Below, piece by piece: positions 47,146-55,346 of a DNA stretch of 64,000 bases. The position numbers and the translations under genes were made by a program. This DNA is from a candidate division TM6 bacterium GW2011_GWF2_28_16. Lineage in GTDB: Bacteria > Patescibacteriota > Microgenomatia > UBA1400 > PJMF01. Positions within the stretch are counted from its first letter, which is position 1; each line of letters opens with the position of its first letter. Location: positions 3,407-67,406 of the forward strand of contig CP011212.1 in assembly GCA_001029715.1 (NCBI GenBank), read 5' to 3'. The notes under the pieces are model-generated. The model worked only from the letters and a program-made list of their open reading frames with translations, searched no databases and was not told the DNA's origin.

Positions 47146-48198
47146 TTAATTGCCCAAACTAGCATTTCTTAAAGAAGCACTCATTCCTGCCACTCTCATC
47201 GCTCCAGAAAATAAATTAGTCCAGTCAAATTTTTGACTAGACTCTGTTTTCTCTTTTAAAGAAAATACTTTCCCAAACTCACTCAAGTGTCTTTTTAATA
47301 AAGTTCTGAATAGTTGGCGCTGATTTTCAGGAGTCCATCTTCCAGAAATACTCGTTTTACTCTCCCCAGCAAAGAATTTATTTAAAATCAATTCTTTTTG
47401 ATCTAAAGACATGCTGGAATTCGATAATGCCAAAATCTGACTGGCGTTGAATTGCTTTATTTCATTAGCATCAACTTTGGACAATAGGTCATTAATTGGA
47501 AAAGAATGAAAGTCTAATTTCTTGTCTTTTAATCTGGATGCCATCTCATGCAATAGTTTGAAGCTAGATTTTTTATCCATTCTACTGAGAATGTTTTTAT
47601 TAAAAGATTTTATAAGTCCAGAGAATAAAAGACTGCTTAAACTGGCAGATTCTGCCTGTCCTTGCATGATATCTACTATTAGTTCTGCATTTTGTTCTGA
47701 TTTTAATTTACCTGCAACCTGTTCAAATAAAATTGTTGAAAGCATTAATGCAGAAAGAGCCTTTCCACCAGGTTCAAACCCTTTTTTAAGAATTTCTGAT
47801 ATATATTTTGGATCTCCAGTTTCTTTCACTTGGTCGGAAATAAACCCAAAAGCAAGAAAAGAGCTTTTAACTGGCAGTTTTATTAGTTTTGCCAGCTCGC
47901 GGGGAGTTTTTTCATTTGGATCCAATTTTGATAGAAATGAATTTACCAATTCAGTTGCTTTGCCAGATCCAAAACCGACAATCGTGTTCCAATTTTCATT
48001 GCCATTACCCAAAAGAAAGTTTATTTTTGCATCACCAATCTTCAAATTATTTAGTTCTTTTAATAAAGTTGATGATTTATTTTCATTTAGCTGCTCTTTA
48101 GAAGACAATTGACTTTCAGCACCAATTTTCACAGCAATTTTCTGAGTGACCTCACTATCAGCTGGACCAGTGGAATTTGCTTCCTCTGAATTTATCAT
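47146..48198 (-). CDS. Hypothetical protein (350 aa)
   Basis: ORF only; co-directional with the 831-aa gene and probably in the same operon. Confidence 0.45.
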   Translation of the reverse strand: MINSEEANSTGPADSEVTQKIAVKIGAESQLSSKEQLNENKSSTLLKELNNLKIGDAKINFLLGNGNENWNTIVGFGSGKATELVNSFLSKLDPNEKTPRELAKLIKLPVKSSFLAFGFISDQVKETGDPKYISEILKKGFEPGGKALSALMLSTILFEQVAGKLKSEQNAELIVDIMQGQAESASLSSLLFSGLIKSFNKNILSRMDKKSSFKLLHEMASRLKDKKLDFHSFPINDLLSKVDANEIKQFNASQILALSNSSMSLDQKELILNKFFAGESKTSISGRWTPENQRQLFRTLLKRHLSEFGKVFSLKEKTESSQKFDWTNLFSGAMRVAGMSASLRNASLGN

Positions 48199-48309
48199 AA
48201 AAAAAGAATAAAAATAATACTCTTAAAACAGTCTCAATTATATTAAATAAAGCAGATACAAAGCAAGCAAACTATTTTTCCCACCCTTTCAAGCTAATTG
48301 TTATCAAGT

Positions 48310-48315
48310 TATAAT
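48310..48315 (+). promoter_or_regulatory. TATAAT -10 hexamer 8 nt upstream of the ATG start (leaderless-type)
   Basis: gttataat aaaaatag ATG. Confidence 0.3.
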
Positions 48316-48323
48316 AAAAATAG

Positions 48324-51300
48324 ATGGCAGCAATAGATAGTAAACAAAGTTCAGAAAAAAGAATTCCATTAAAGGAATTGTCTGGCGTTAGTAAATTCAG
48401 CCGTGAAGATGTGGCTCGAATTCTAAGTTTAATTAAGCTGTGGATTTATGATTTTCACAATAAATCTTACAAAGAAAGCAAGGTTTCTGGAGGATTTCGT
48501 GTAAATAGATTTAGCGGAGAAGAATTTGACCTCAGCACTTACTTAGATATTATCTCTGATAAATTTGAGAATCCTTTTGAAGAACCTCACCTTTTTATTT
48601 CTGATTTGATTAATTTTGTTGATCAACTTTATCATCCAATTCCAGATGTTTTTATTGCAAATGAAAATTCTCGAAATATTGTTGCGGAATTGGGAAAACT
48701 TGGGAGTGTGTTTGAATTAATTGGGGTTTATCCAGACAAAGATAAGGTTAGTATAGAAGATCTTCAGAGAATGGAAGATTTTTCAATTAGGCAACTAATT
48801 GTCAAGCACATTGAAAAAATAGAAGTAATTCTTGATTTAAAACCAACCAAGGAAGAAGAAGAGCCGGAAGATGAAAAAGATACCGTTAAAGATGGAGCTG
48901 CAGGCATACCTAAAACAGTTACTGGCAAAACCTCCAAAGATGAATCTCCAGATAGCTCTGATAGCGATGGGGATGATGAAATAGATAAGAAGCTTGAAAA
49001 AAATAAACCTCCCCTCAAAATCTCCGAGCTTGATCCTCAGTCTAAACTTTATCTTCAATCGCTATCCATTATTACTATTAATCAGGCCCTTAGTAAATAT
49101 TTTAATGAAGCTTCTTTAGCTAAGTATGGTTTTCCTCCAGGAACTCGAATAACTTTTGATCAGCTGCCACTAGAAATACGCAAGCAATTAATGGATCGTG
49201 CTTTCTTGCAAGTGGAAAATCTGCTTCTCAGTGAAAAATTCACTCTTGAGGATCTAATCAAAAATCCAGCCCAAAGAATTAGTTTTAGTAACCAAGCTTC
49301 ACTTAGCTTGCTGATGGATCCTCGAGGTCTCAACTTATTAAACGGCGCTATTCGCGAGATCACTACCGCGACAGATAAAGTTGAAAAAATTAAACAAAAC
49401 CAAGAAGAAAAAGCAGAACTTGATAGCAAAAAAGCTGAGGAGATTATAGAAGAAGCTTCTGAGCAGGCTGGAATTGATCCAAATTTCGCTAGAAATATTG
49501 AATCTGAACTCGATATTATTAAAAATGAATCACGACTGGATGAAGTTTTTTTTGAAAAGCTTAGTGGAATTGCCAGCGAAGTAGATCAATTTAAAATCAG
49601 ACAAGCAATTGTCTCAGGCAAAGCCTACATCGAGGTTTTGATTCAACAGGGTGTCCCACCAGAATATATCATTCCTGATCCTAGAAACTTTGATTACAAC
49701 AGATTTGTAAATATTTTTGGCAATAACTTAGACGCAGCTCAGTTTAATGCTCACAAAGAAGAAATTGCTAATTTAATAATCTTTTATTGGAAACGCAAGA
49801 GAGCCATTTGGACGCGTGAATTCAGTCAAGAATTTGGGCTGGAAAAATATACTCCAGAAGAAGCTCAAAGACTCTTTGATGAAATTTCCAAAGATCCAGA
49901 AAAACGAAAAAGACTAGAAATATTAGCCAGGTTTAATTTAAATTATGGCGGAAGTGAAATTGCTAGCCAACTAGTTGAAAGAGACGGCTCTAAATTAAGC
50001 GAGGAAATGAAGGCTTTTCGCGAACAACAAGAAAAGCTCATTAAAGAATATTTAAAAGAAGAAATTAATAAACTTTCTGCAGCAGAACAGCAAGAAACTT
50101 TTGCTGTTTGGCTTCAGTTTTATCAACCAGGATCGCCACAAATAGAATACAGCGTTGAGAATTTCTATCAACTAATCGATTCTCAGTCAAATTCAATGGA
50201 TTTTTCAGAATTGGCTGCTGCAGAGGCTTTTGGCGCTGGTTCTTTTAACCAAAATGGTAGCGGATGGATGCAAAATGCTTTTGCCCCTGGAGGTGATTAT
50301 CAGGGTACAGGCCTCATGGATAGTGCCGCTGGACAAGCTGGCAAAAAATTAGCAACTAAAGCAATTGGCGAGGGTCTCTATGTAGCCTTGGATGCGGCTG
50401 GTGGCTGGGGTGAAGTTCTTAGAGCAGCCGAAACAGCAGCTCCATGGATTAAAAAACTAAAAGAAAAAATAATCGAGCAAGGTTTAGAAAAATTTTTGGA
50501 GTCTATTAAAAAGTACTGGCCTATACTTTTAGCTTTTACTCTCCTGGCTGCCCTTGGTGGATTTCTTGCTGGAGTGCTGGCAGCGCTAGCAACTTATTAC
50601 TTTTTAAAAAACGGTTTAGCAGGTATTAAAAATCTTTTTACCGGAACTCAAAAGGTTGTTGGTCAAATAGGAAATGGGGTCAGTGGAATCGCTGGTGAAA
50701 AAGCTAGTATTAGTAATCAAGCGATCGTAAAACAGAACAGCATTGGACAACTATCTGCTCCCGGAAACACTCTCGCTACTCAACTTTCCCCAGCTATGAT
50801 TACTGCTGGACAAGCGGTCATTGCTACTTTTACCGGCACCGCACTTTTAGTTTTTATGTATCAAACTAGTCTAAATTCTGCTTTTCTAACTGATTTTCCA
50901 AAAAATGAAACTGATTTTGCTAACTCTGTTGAAAAAACTTCTAAATATGCTGAAATTAGCAAAACTGCCAAAATTAAGAGTGGCTGTCCAAATCCAGAAA
51001 GTAACGACACAAAATGTGAAAACCCTTCTTTTCCAGTTACTATTGAGTACACTATTACCATTAAGCCAAAAGAGGACTTTACCATTCAAATCACTGATCT
51101 CCAAGATAAAATTAAGTTTAAACAAAGTAAAAAAGGTTGGGAAGAAGCTGGTGCCTCAGCTCCATCAATTGAAAATGAAAAGAATCTGGAATTTGATTAT
51201 TTTAAAGAAATTATTAAAGAGCAAGGTGGTCTAACTAGTGAAAACATTAACATTACCCCTACTCCCACTCCGGGAAGCGAAACAACTAATGATACAAATC

Positions 51301-52022
51301 CTGCGGAAACTCAAGACAATATCATTATTCCTCCAGGCAGCGAACTAACTTTTACTTATTCTCTAGAAGATCTCGGCACTGGCTATAATCACACCGCCAT
51401 AATTAATACTATTGAGGCTAATTTTTATTATCAAAATGGATTTATGTCTGGAATGGATAACATGATTACGGCTTCGAGAGTCTGCCTTGGAGATTGTAGT
51501 GCTGGAGCAGGCTGCTGGCCAACCAATGGTATCTTAACCCAGCTACCATTTGGAGTTGGAACTCCAGACGCTGATGCTTCTCATAGACCACCTCTTTCTG
51601 GTGGATATTCAGATGCTTACGACATTGGCGGTAGTGGTGGTCATCCCAACGTTTACGTACCTTTCCCAGGAGATCTTTGTTTTAAAGGATGTAGCGATAC
51701 TGGCTACGGCTGCTACTTTACCTTAACTTTTGATGGTTCTGGCAGTAGCCAAAAACTGCTGTTTGCTCATTTCGAACAACCGAACTCTCAGCTCCCACAA
51801 GCAGAAACATGTATGGTTGTAGACGAAGGATTTTTACTCGGCCCAATGGGAACTCGTGGCAATTCAACTGGAGTCCATTTACACTATGAGATAGACTTTG
51901 AAGGGCAATTTTATCACCCAAGCTCAAGAAATTTCTCGATTCTTGAAACTCTTGTGCCAGAAACAGATAAAGGAAATTATCCACCTGTTTTAAACGATGG
52001 AGTAAGCACTTGCTATGAATAA
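48324..52022 (+). CDS. Large bitopic protein (1,232 aa): about 700-aa cytoplasmic N-region, 2 TM helices, extracytoplasmic C-region ending in an M23-like peptidase domain (candidate secretion-system cell-wall hydrolase)
   Basis: TM helices WPILLAFTLLAALGGFLAGVLAALATYYFL and AGQAVIATFTGTALLVFMY. The C-terminal segment contains ASHRPPLSGGYSDAYDIGG and an HxH motif in GNSTGVHLHYEIDFEGQFYHPSS. Confidence 0.5.
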   Translation: MAAIDSKQSSEKRIPLKELSGVSKFSREDVARILSLIKLWIYDFHNKSYKESKVSGGFRVNRFSGEEFDLSTYLDIISDKFENPFEEPHLFISDLINFVDQLYHPIPDVFIANENSRNIVAELGKLGSVFELIGVYPDKDKVSIEDLQRMEDFSIRQLIVKHIEKIEVILDLKPTKEEEEPEDEKDTVKDGAAGIPKTVTGKTSKDESPDSSDSDGDDEIDKKLEKNKPPLKISELDPQSKLYLQSLSIITINQALSKYFNEASLAKYGFPPGTRITFDQLPLEIRKQLMDRAFLQVENLLLSEKFTLEDLIKNPAQRISFSNQASLSLLMDPRGLNLLNGAIREITTATDKVEKIKQNQEEKAELDSKKAEEIIEEASEQAGIDPNFARNIESELDIIKNESRLDEVFFEKLSGIASEVDQFKIRQAIVSGKAYIEVLIQQGVPPEYIIPDPRNFDYNRFVNIFGNNLDAAQFNAHKEEIANLIIFYWKRKRAIWTREFSQEFGLEKYTPEEAQRLFDEISKDPEKRKRLEILARFNLNYGGSEIASQLVERDGSKLSEEMKAFREQQEKLIKEYLKEEINKLSAAEQQETFAVWLQFYQPGSPQIEYSVENFYQLIDSQSNSMDFSELAAAEAFGAGSFNQNGSGWMQNAFAPGGDYQGTGLMDSAAGQAGKKLATKAIGEGLYVALDAAGGWGEVLRAAETAAPWIKKLKEKIIEQGLEKFLESIKKYWPILLAFTLLAALGGFLAGVLAALATYYFLKNGLAGIKNLFTGTQKVVGQIGNGVSGIAGEKASISNQAIVKQNSIGQLSAPGNTLATQLSPAMITAGQAVIATFTGTALLVFMYQTSLNSAFLTDFPKNETDFANSVEKTSKYAEISKTAKIKSGCPNPESNDTKCENPSFPVTIEYTITIKPKEDFTIQITDLQDKIKFKQSKKGWEEAGASAPSIENEKNLEFDYFKEIIKEQGGLTSENINITPTPTPGSETTNDTNPAETQDNIIIPPGSELTFTYSLEDLGTGYNHTAIINTIEANFYYQNGFMSGMDNMITASRVCLGDCSAGAGCWPTNGILTQLPFGVGTPDADASHRPPLSGGYSDAYDIGGSGGHPNVYVPFPGDLCFKGCSDTGYGCYFTLTFDGSGSSQKLLFAHFEQPNSQLPQAETCMVVDEGFLLGPMGTRGNSTGVHLHYEIDFEGQFYHPSSRNFSILETLVPETDKGNYPPVLNDGVSTCYE

Positions 52023-52998
52023 AGAACAAAAAAAAGAAATTAAAATAATTCCTATACTAATAATCTTTGTGATTGTTTCTTTGCTTATTTCGGCAATTCT
52101 AATAGCCATTACTCCTCAAAAAGAAAAGGTTTCACAAACTGATTTTGTTACCAGTAATTACAATGACACTCAAAGTACTTTTAAAAAAGTCAGCTTCACT
52201 GGAAGAGAAATTATCGTTCCAGAAAAATTTAAGCTTTATCAGCCAACTTCAAGCGTCAGCTTAATTAATGAACTTGCAGACAAAATCATTAAAGACTACC
52301 AATTGGAACAAGGAGAAAAACTAAATAATTATTGGACCAGGGAAAATTACACTTTAATCAAGAATTCTTATGAAAACAGGTGGTCTTTTGATTTAAATCC
52401 AGCAAAAATTGATAATAAAGTTACCATTATTACTGATGAAGCCATAACGACATGCTTTGATTTTTACTCCAAATACAACATTAATTTGTCTTTAGTCGCC
52501 CAAGAAGATGAAATTAGTTATCTTGATGGCAAATTACAGCAAGAAAAATCTGAGCCAGAAGAAGCCTTATATTTACAGATTCCCCTCACTTATGAACTAG
52601 ACGGCTACCCTGTTTTTTATCAAAGTGAAAGCAACTATCCATTTTTTTGCAAAATAAACAATAACTACGAAATTGAAAGAATAGTTTTTAAAGATGTTTT
52701 TTATATGTTTGAAGTGGTAAAAGAAATGCCTTCGATTAGCATTGACCAAGCAATTAAAAATATTAAAAATGAAAAAGTATCTATAATTGACGCTCAAAGT
52801 CAAATTGTCGATGCGATCGACTTAAACTGGATTAATGAAGCAGATTTACAAAGCGTTTCCATTGACTATCGTTTTGATGAAAATCTGAAGTTAGCTTATC
52901 CTTTTTATAAATTCAAGGCAAAACTAACTAATTCTGCAGGTATTAATATCCAGGCAGAAATTATTACACCAGCTGTAGCCAGTGCCGTTCAGGAATAA
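52015..52998 (+). CDS. Bitopic membrane protein (N-terminal TM plus ~290-aa extracytoplasmic domain); candidate VirB8/TcpC-like component
   Basis: TM IIPILIIFVIVSLLISAILIAI. Size and topology resemble VirB8/TcpC-like proteins and the gene sits in the T4SS-like cluster, but there is no sequence-motif support. Confidence 0.3.
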   Translation: MNKEQKKEIKIIPILIIFVIVSLLISAILIAITPQKEKVSQTDFVTSNYNDTQSTFKKVSFTGREIIVPEKFKLYQPTSSVSLINELADKIIKDYQLEQGEKLNNYWTRENYTLIKNSYENRWSFDLNPAKIDNKVTIITDEAITTCFDFYSKYNINLSLVAQEDEISYLDGKLQQEKSEPEEALYLQIPLTYELDGYPVFYQSESNYPFFCKINNNYEIERIVFKDVFYMFEVVKEMPSISIDQAIKNIKNEKVSIIDAQSQIVDAIDLNWINEADLQSVSIDYRFDENLKLAYPFYKFKAKLTNSAGINIQAEIITPAVASAVQE

Positions 52999-53048
52999 GT
53001 TCTAAACTAAACAAGTCATCAGTCTTTCTGCTAAAATGAATTAAACAA

Positions 53049-53903
53049 ATGAAACAGCACCCAATCCCACAGGATATCACCAACTATAAGTTTCATCTTA
53101 TTGGCAGCATGACGCTTAAGCAATTTGCAGAAGTGGCTGTAGCTGCAGTCTTGGCTTTTATTATTTTTAAAACAAATTTAATCGCTATTGTTAAATGGCC
53201 ACTAATTTTCTTTACGGTTGGTTTGGGAGCAGCTTTAGCTTTTGTACCAATTGAAGAAAGGCCTCTAGATCACTGGATCCAAACTTTTTTCAAAAACATC
53301 TATAAGCCTACAAAGTTTTTTTGGAAAAAAGCTAGTAAAATTCCAGATTTTTTCAATTATAAAATTAGTAGTGTTCAAAGTGATTTTTTCGCACCCAACG
53401 TTAATTTAAACCCAGCTCGTAAACAACGTATTAATGAATACATTAAAAGTATTCCTGAAGCGGAAAAGGTTGATGAATTTGACGCCGGAGAAAATCAAAA
53501 GATCAGTGCCTTACTCAATCAGTTTAATGATGTAAAAGTTGATCAAGATCAGATTAAAATTGAAGTCAAAAAACAAGAAAAACCAAACCTGCAAACAAGA
53601 GTTAGAGATCTGAAAGCTCCTCAAGAGGAACTTGATAATAAAAAATATTCAACCAACCAAATTTTTGGCTCAGTAATTGGTCAGAATGGACAAAAAGAGT
53701 CAGAAGTAATTATTGAAATAAAAGATCAAAGTGGCGAAAGTCTTAGAGTCATCAAAAGTGATGAGGATGGCAATTTTGTTGCTAACAATCCACTAAAAAA
53801 TGGATCTTATCAAGTAATAGCTGAAAAAAACGATCAAAAATTTCCAATTTTGCAAGTAGAACTCACTGGACAAATTCTCGATCCCCTTGTAATCAAAGCA
53901 TAA
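53049..53903 (+). CDS. PrgI/VirB3-like membrane protein (N-terminal two-TM module) with a C-terminal soluble extension
   Basis: The N-terminus PQDITNYKFHLIGSMTLKQFAEVAVAAVLAFIIF followed by a second TM matches the PrgI-family pattern (DI..Y....G.T.RQ... then TM hairpin). It lies upstream of VirB4-like genes. Confidence 0.45.
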   Translation: MKQHPIPQDITNYKFHLIGSMTLKQFAEVAVAAVLAFIIFKTNLIAIVKWPLIFFTVGLGAALAFVPIEERPLDHWIQTFFKNIYKPTKFFWKKASKIPDFFNYKISSVQSDFFAPNVNLNPARKQRINEYIKSIPEAEKVDEFDAGENQKISALLNQFNDVKVDQDQIKIEVKKQEKPNLQTRVRDLKAPQEELDNKKYSTNQIFGSVIGQNGQKESEVIIEIKDQSGESLRVIKSDEDGNFVANNPLKNGSYQVIAEKNDQKFPILQVELTGQILDPLVIKA

Positions 53904-53927
53904 AATTTAGTAAACTATTGCTAGCTC

Positions 53928-55337
53928 ATGAGCGACAAAGTAATTAGTTCCACCACTCAAGAATTTCTTGATGTCTATGACATTGTCAACGACATGGTTC
54001 TTTTAAAAGATGGCACTGCATCGATGATCCTTCAAGTGGGAACCATGAATTTCAGTCTTTTAGCTGAGCAAGAACAAGACGCCATTATTTTTACCTATGG
54101 TTCTCTGCTCAACTCGCTTAATTATCCAATCCAGATCAGCATTCAATCTCAAACTAAAGATGTAACTAAATATTTACGCTTACTTGACGAAAGAATTTCA
54201 AAAGCTAGCACGGATCGCAAGGCAACTCTCATTAAAAAATATCGAGATTTTGTGGCAGCTTTAATCAAAGAAAGAAATGTTTTACAAAAAAACTTCTTTG
54301 TAACTATTCCTGCTAGCCCTGCGGAGATGGGCTTGTTTACAGCAACTAGTGTTTTACCAGGCAAAACTGCTTTTGATATCAACACTGTTGAAAAAAGCGT
54401 CATTTTAGAAAAAGCTGTAAATCTACTTGGGCCAAGACGAGATCATTTAACTTCTCAATTTGGTCGCCTGGGGCTTTACGTCAGACAATTAAACACTCAA
54501 GAAATTATTCAAAACTTCTATATTAATTACAACCCTGAGGCTGCTGAGGGTCAAGAAATTAGCAGTAATGAAAATTACACCACTCCTCTAGTTAGAGCGA
54601 GTTTTGGAAGGAAAATTATGCAAGTAAATGATCCAAGCACCCAAGCACAACCACTACCAATTAATCCCGCAGATAATAGTAGGCCTCCTGCACCAGTTAC
54701 TCCAACGGAAGTAATTTTGGAAAATCCAGCTGTGGAGAATGTTGCTCCCGTAGCACCTCCAGTGCCAGAAGCTTCAGTTGTTCAAGAAACTGAGCTAAAG
54801 ATACAGGCACCAACTCCAATTCAAGAAACCACTCCAGTAGTTGCTCCCCATGAAGAACCAATTTTTAGTCCAGAAGAAATTTTAAGTGGCAAAACACCTG
54901 CAGAAGAACAAGTTCTTCAAGAAAACAAGGTTCAAGAAGTACAGGCTCCGCCAATTGTCCCTCCAACTCCAGATCCAATTTTAGAACAAGCTTCATCGCC
55001 AGTTTCTACTCCAGTTCCAGAACAAACTCCGATTTCAGATCTAACTCAGACTCCAGAGTTAGATCTCAATCTCGATCCTAGTCTAATAAATGCTGATCCA
55101 ATTTCTGAAACCGTTACTCAAGAACCAACATTAGAACCCATCCCAGTAATAACTCAAGAAACAGCGGTGGCTCAGGAAACAAATGACTTTGCTGAAGAAA
55201 TTAAGCCTCTGCAAAATAAGTTTGAGACCGCTGAATCAGTAATTGAATCACCTATAGCCGTCGAGGAAGCTCAAATTCAAAATCAAACTCAAGTAGCAGA
55301 ATCTACTCCGACAGAGCCAGAAGAAGCACAAATATAA
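53928..55337 (+). CDS. Protein with a VirB4/CagE/TrbE N-terminal-domain-like region followed by a Pro/Glu/Gln-rich low-complexity tail
   Basis: FLDVYDIVNDMVLLKDGTASMILQVGTMNFSLLAEQEQDAIIFTYGSLLNSLNYPIQISIQS resembles the conserved N-terminal domain of VirB4-family proteins. There is no ATPase motif. It is immediately upstream of the full VirB4. Confidence 0.4.
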   Translation: MSDKVISSTTQEFLDVYDIVNDMVLLKDGTASMILQVGTMNFSLLAEQEQDAIIFTYGSLLNSLNYPIQISIQSQTKDVTKYLRLLDERISKASTDRKATLIKKYRDFVAALIKERNVLQKNFFVTIPASPAEMGLFTATSVLPGKTAFDINTVEKSVILEKAVNLLGPRRDHLTSQFGRLGLYVRQLNTQEIIQNFYINYNPEAAEGQEISSNENYTTPLVRASFGRKIMQVNDPSTQAQPLPINPADNSRPPAPVTPTEVILENPAVENVAPVAPPVPEASVVQETELKIQAPTPIQETTPVVAPHEEPIFSPEEILSGKTPAEEQVLQENKVQEVQAPPIVPPTPDPILEQASSPVSTPVPEQTPISDLTQTPELDLNLDPSLINADPISETVTQEPTLEPIPVITQETAVAQETNDFAEEIKPLQNKFETAESVIESPIAVEEAQIQNQTQVAESTPTEPEEAQI

Positions 55338-55346
55338 AATATAAAT

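Noticed and set aside
47522-48112. 196-aa plus-strand ORF antisense to the 47146-48198 gene
   Set aside because: It is completely contained in the longer minus-strand ORF and is judged a shadow ORF; no motif support was found.
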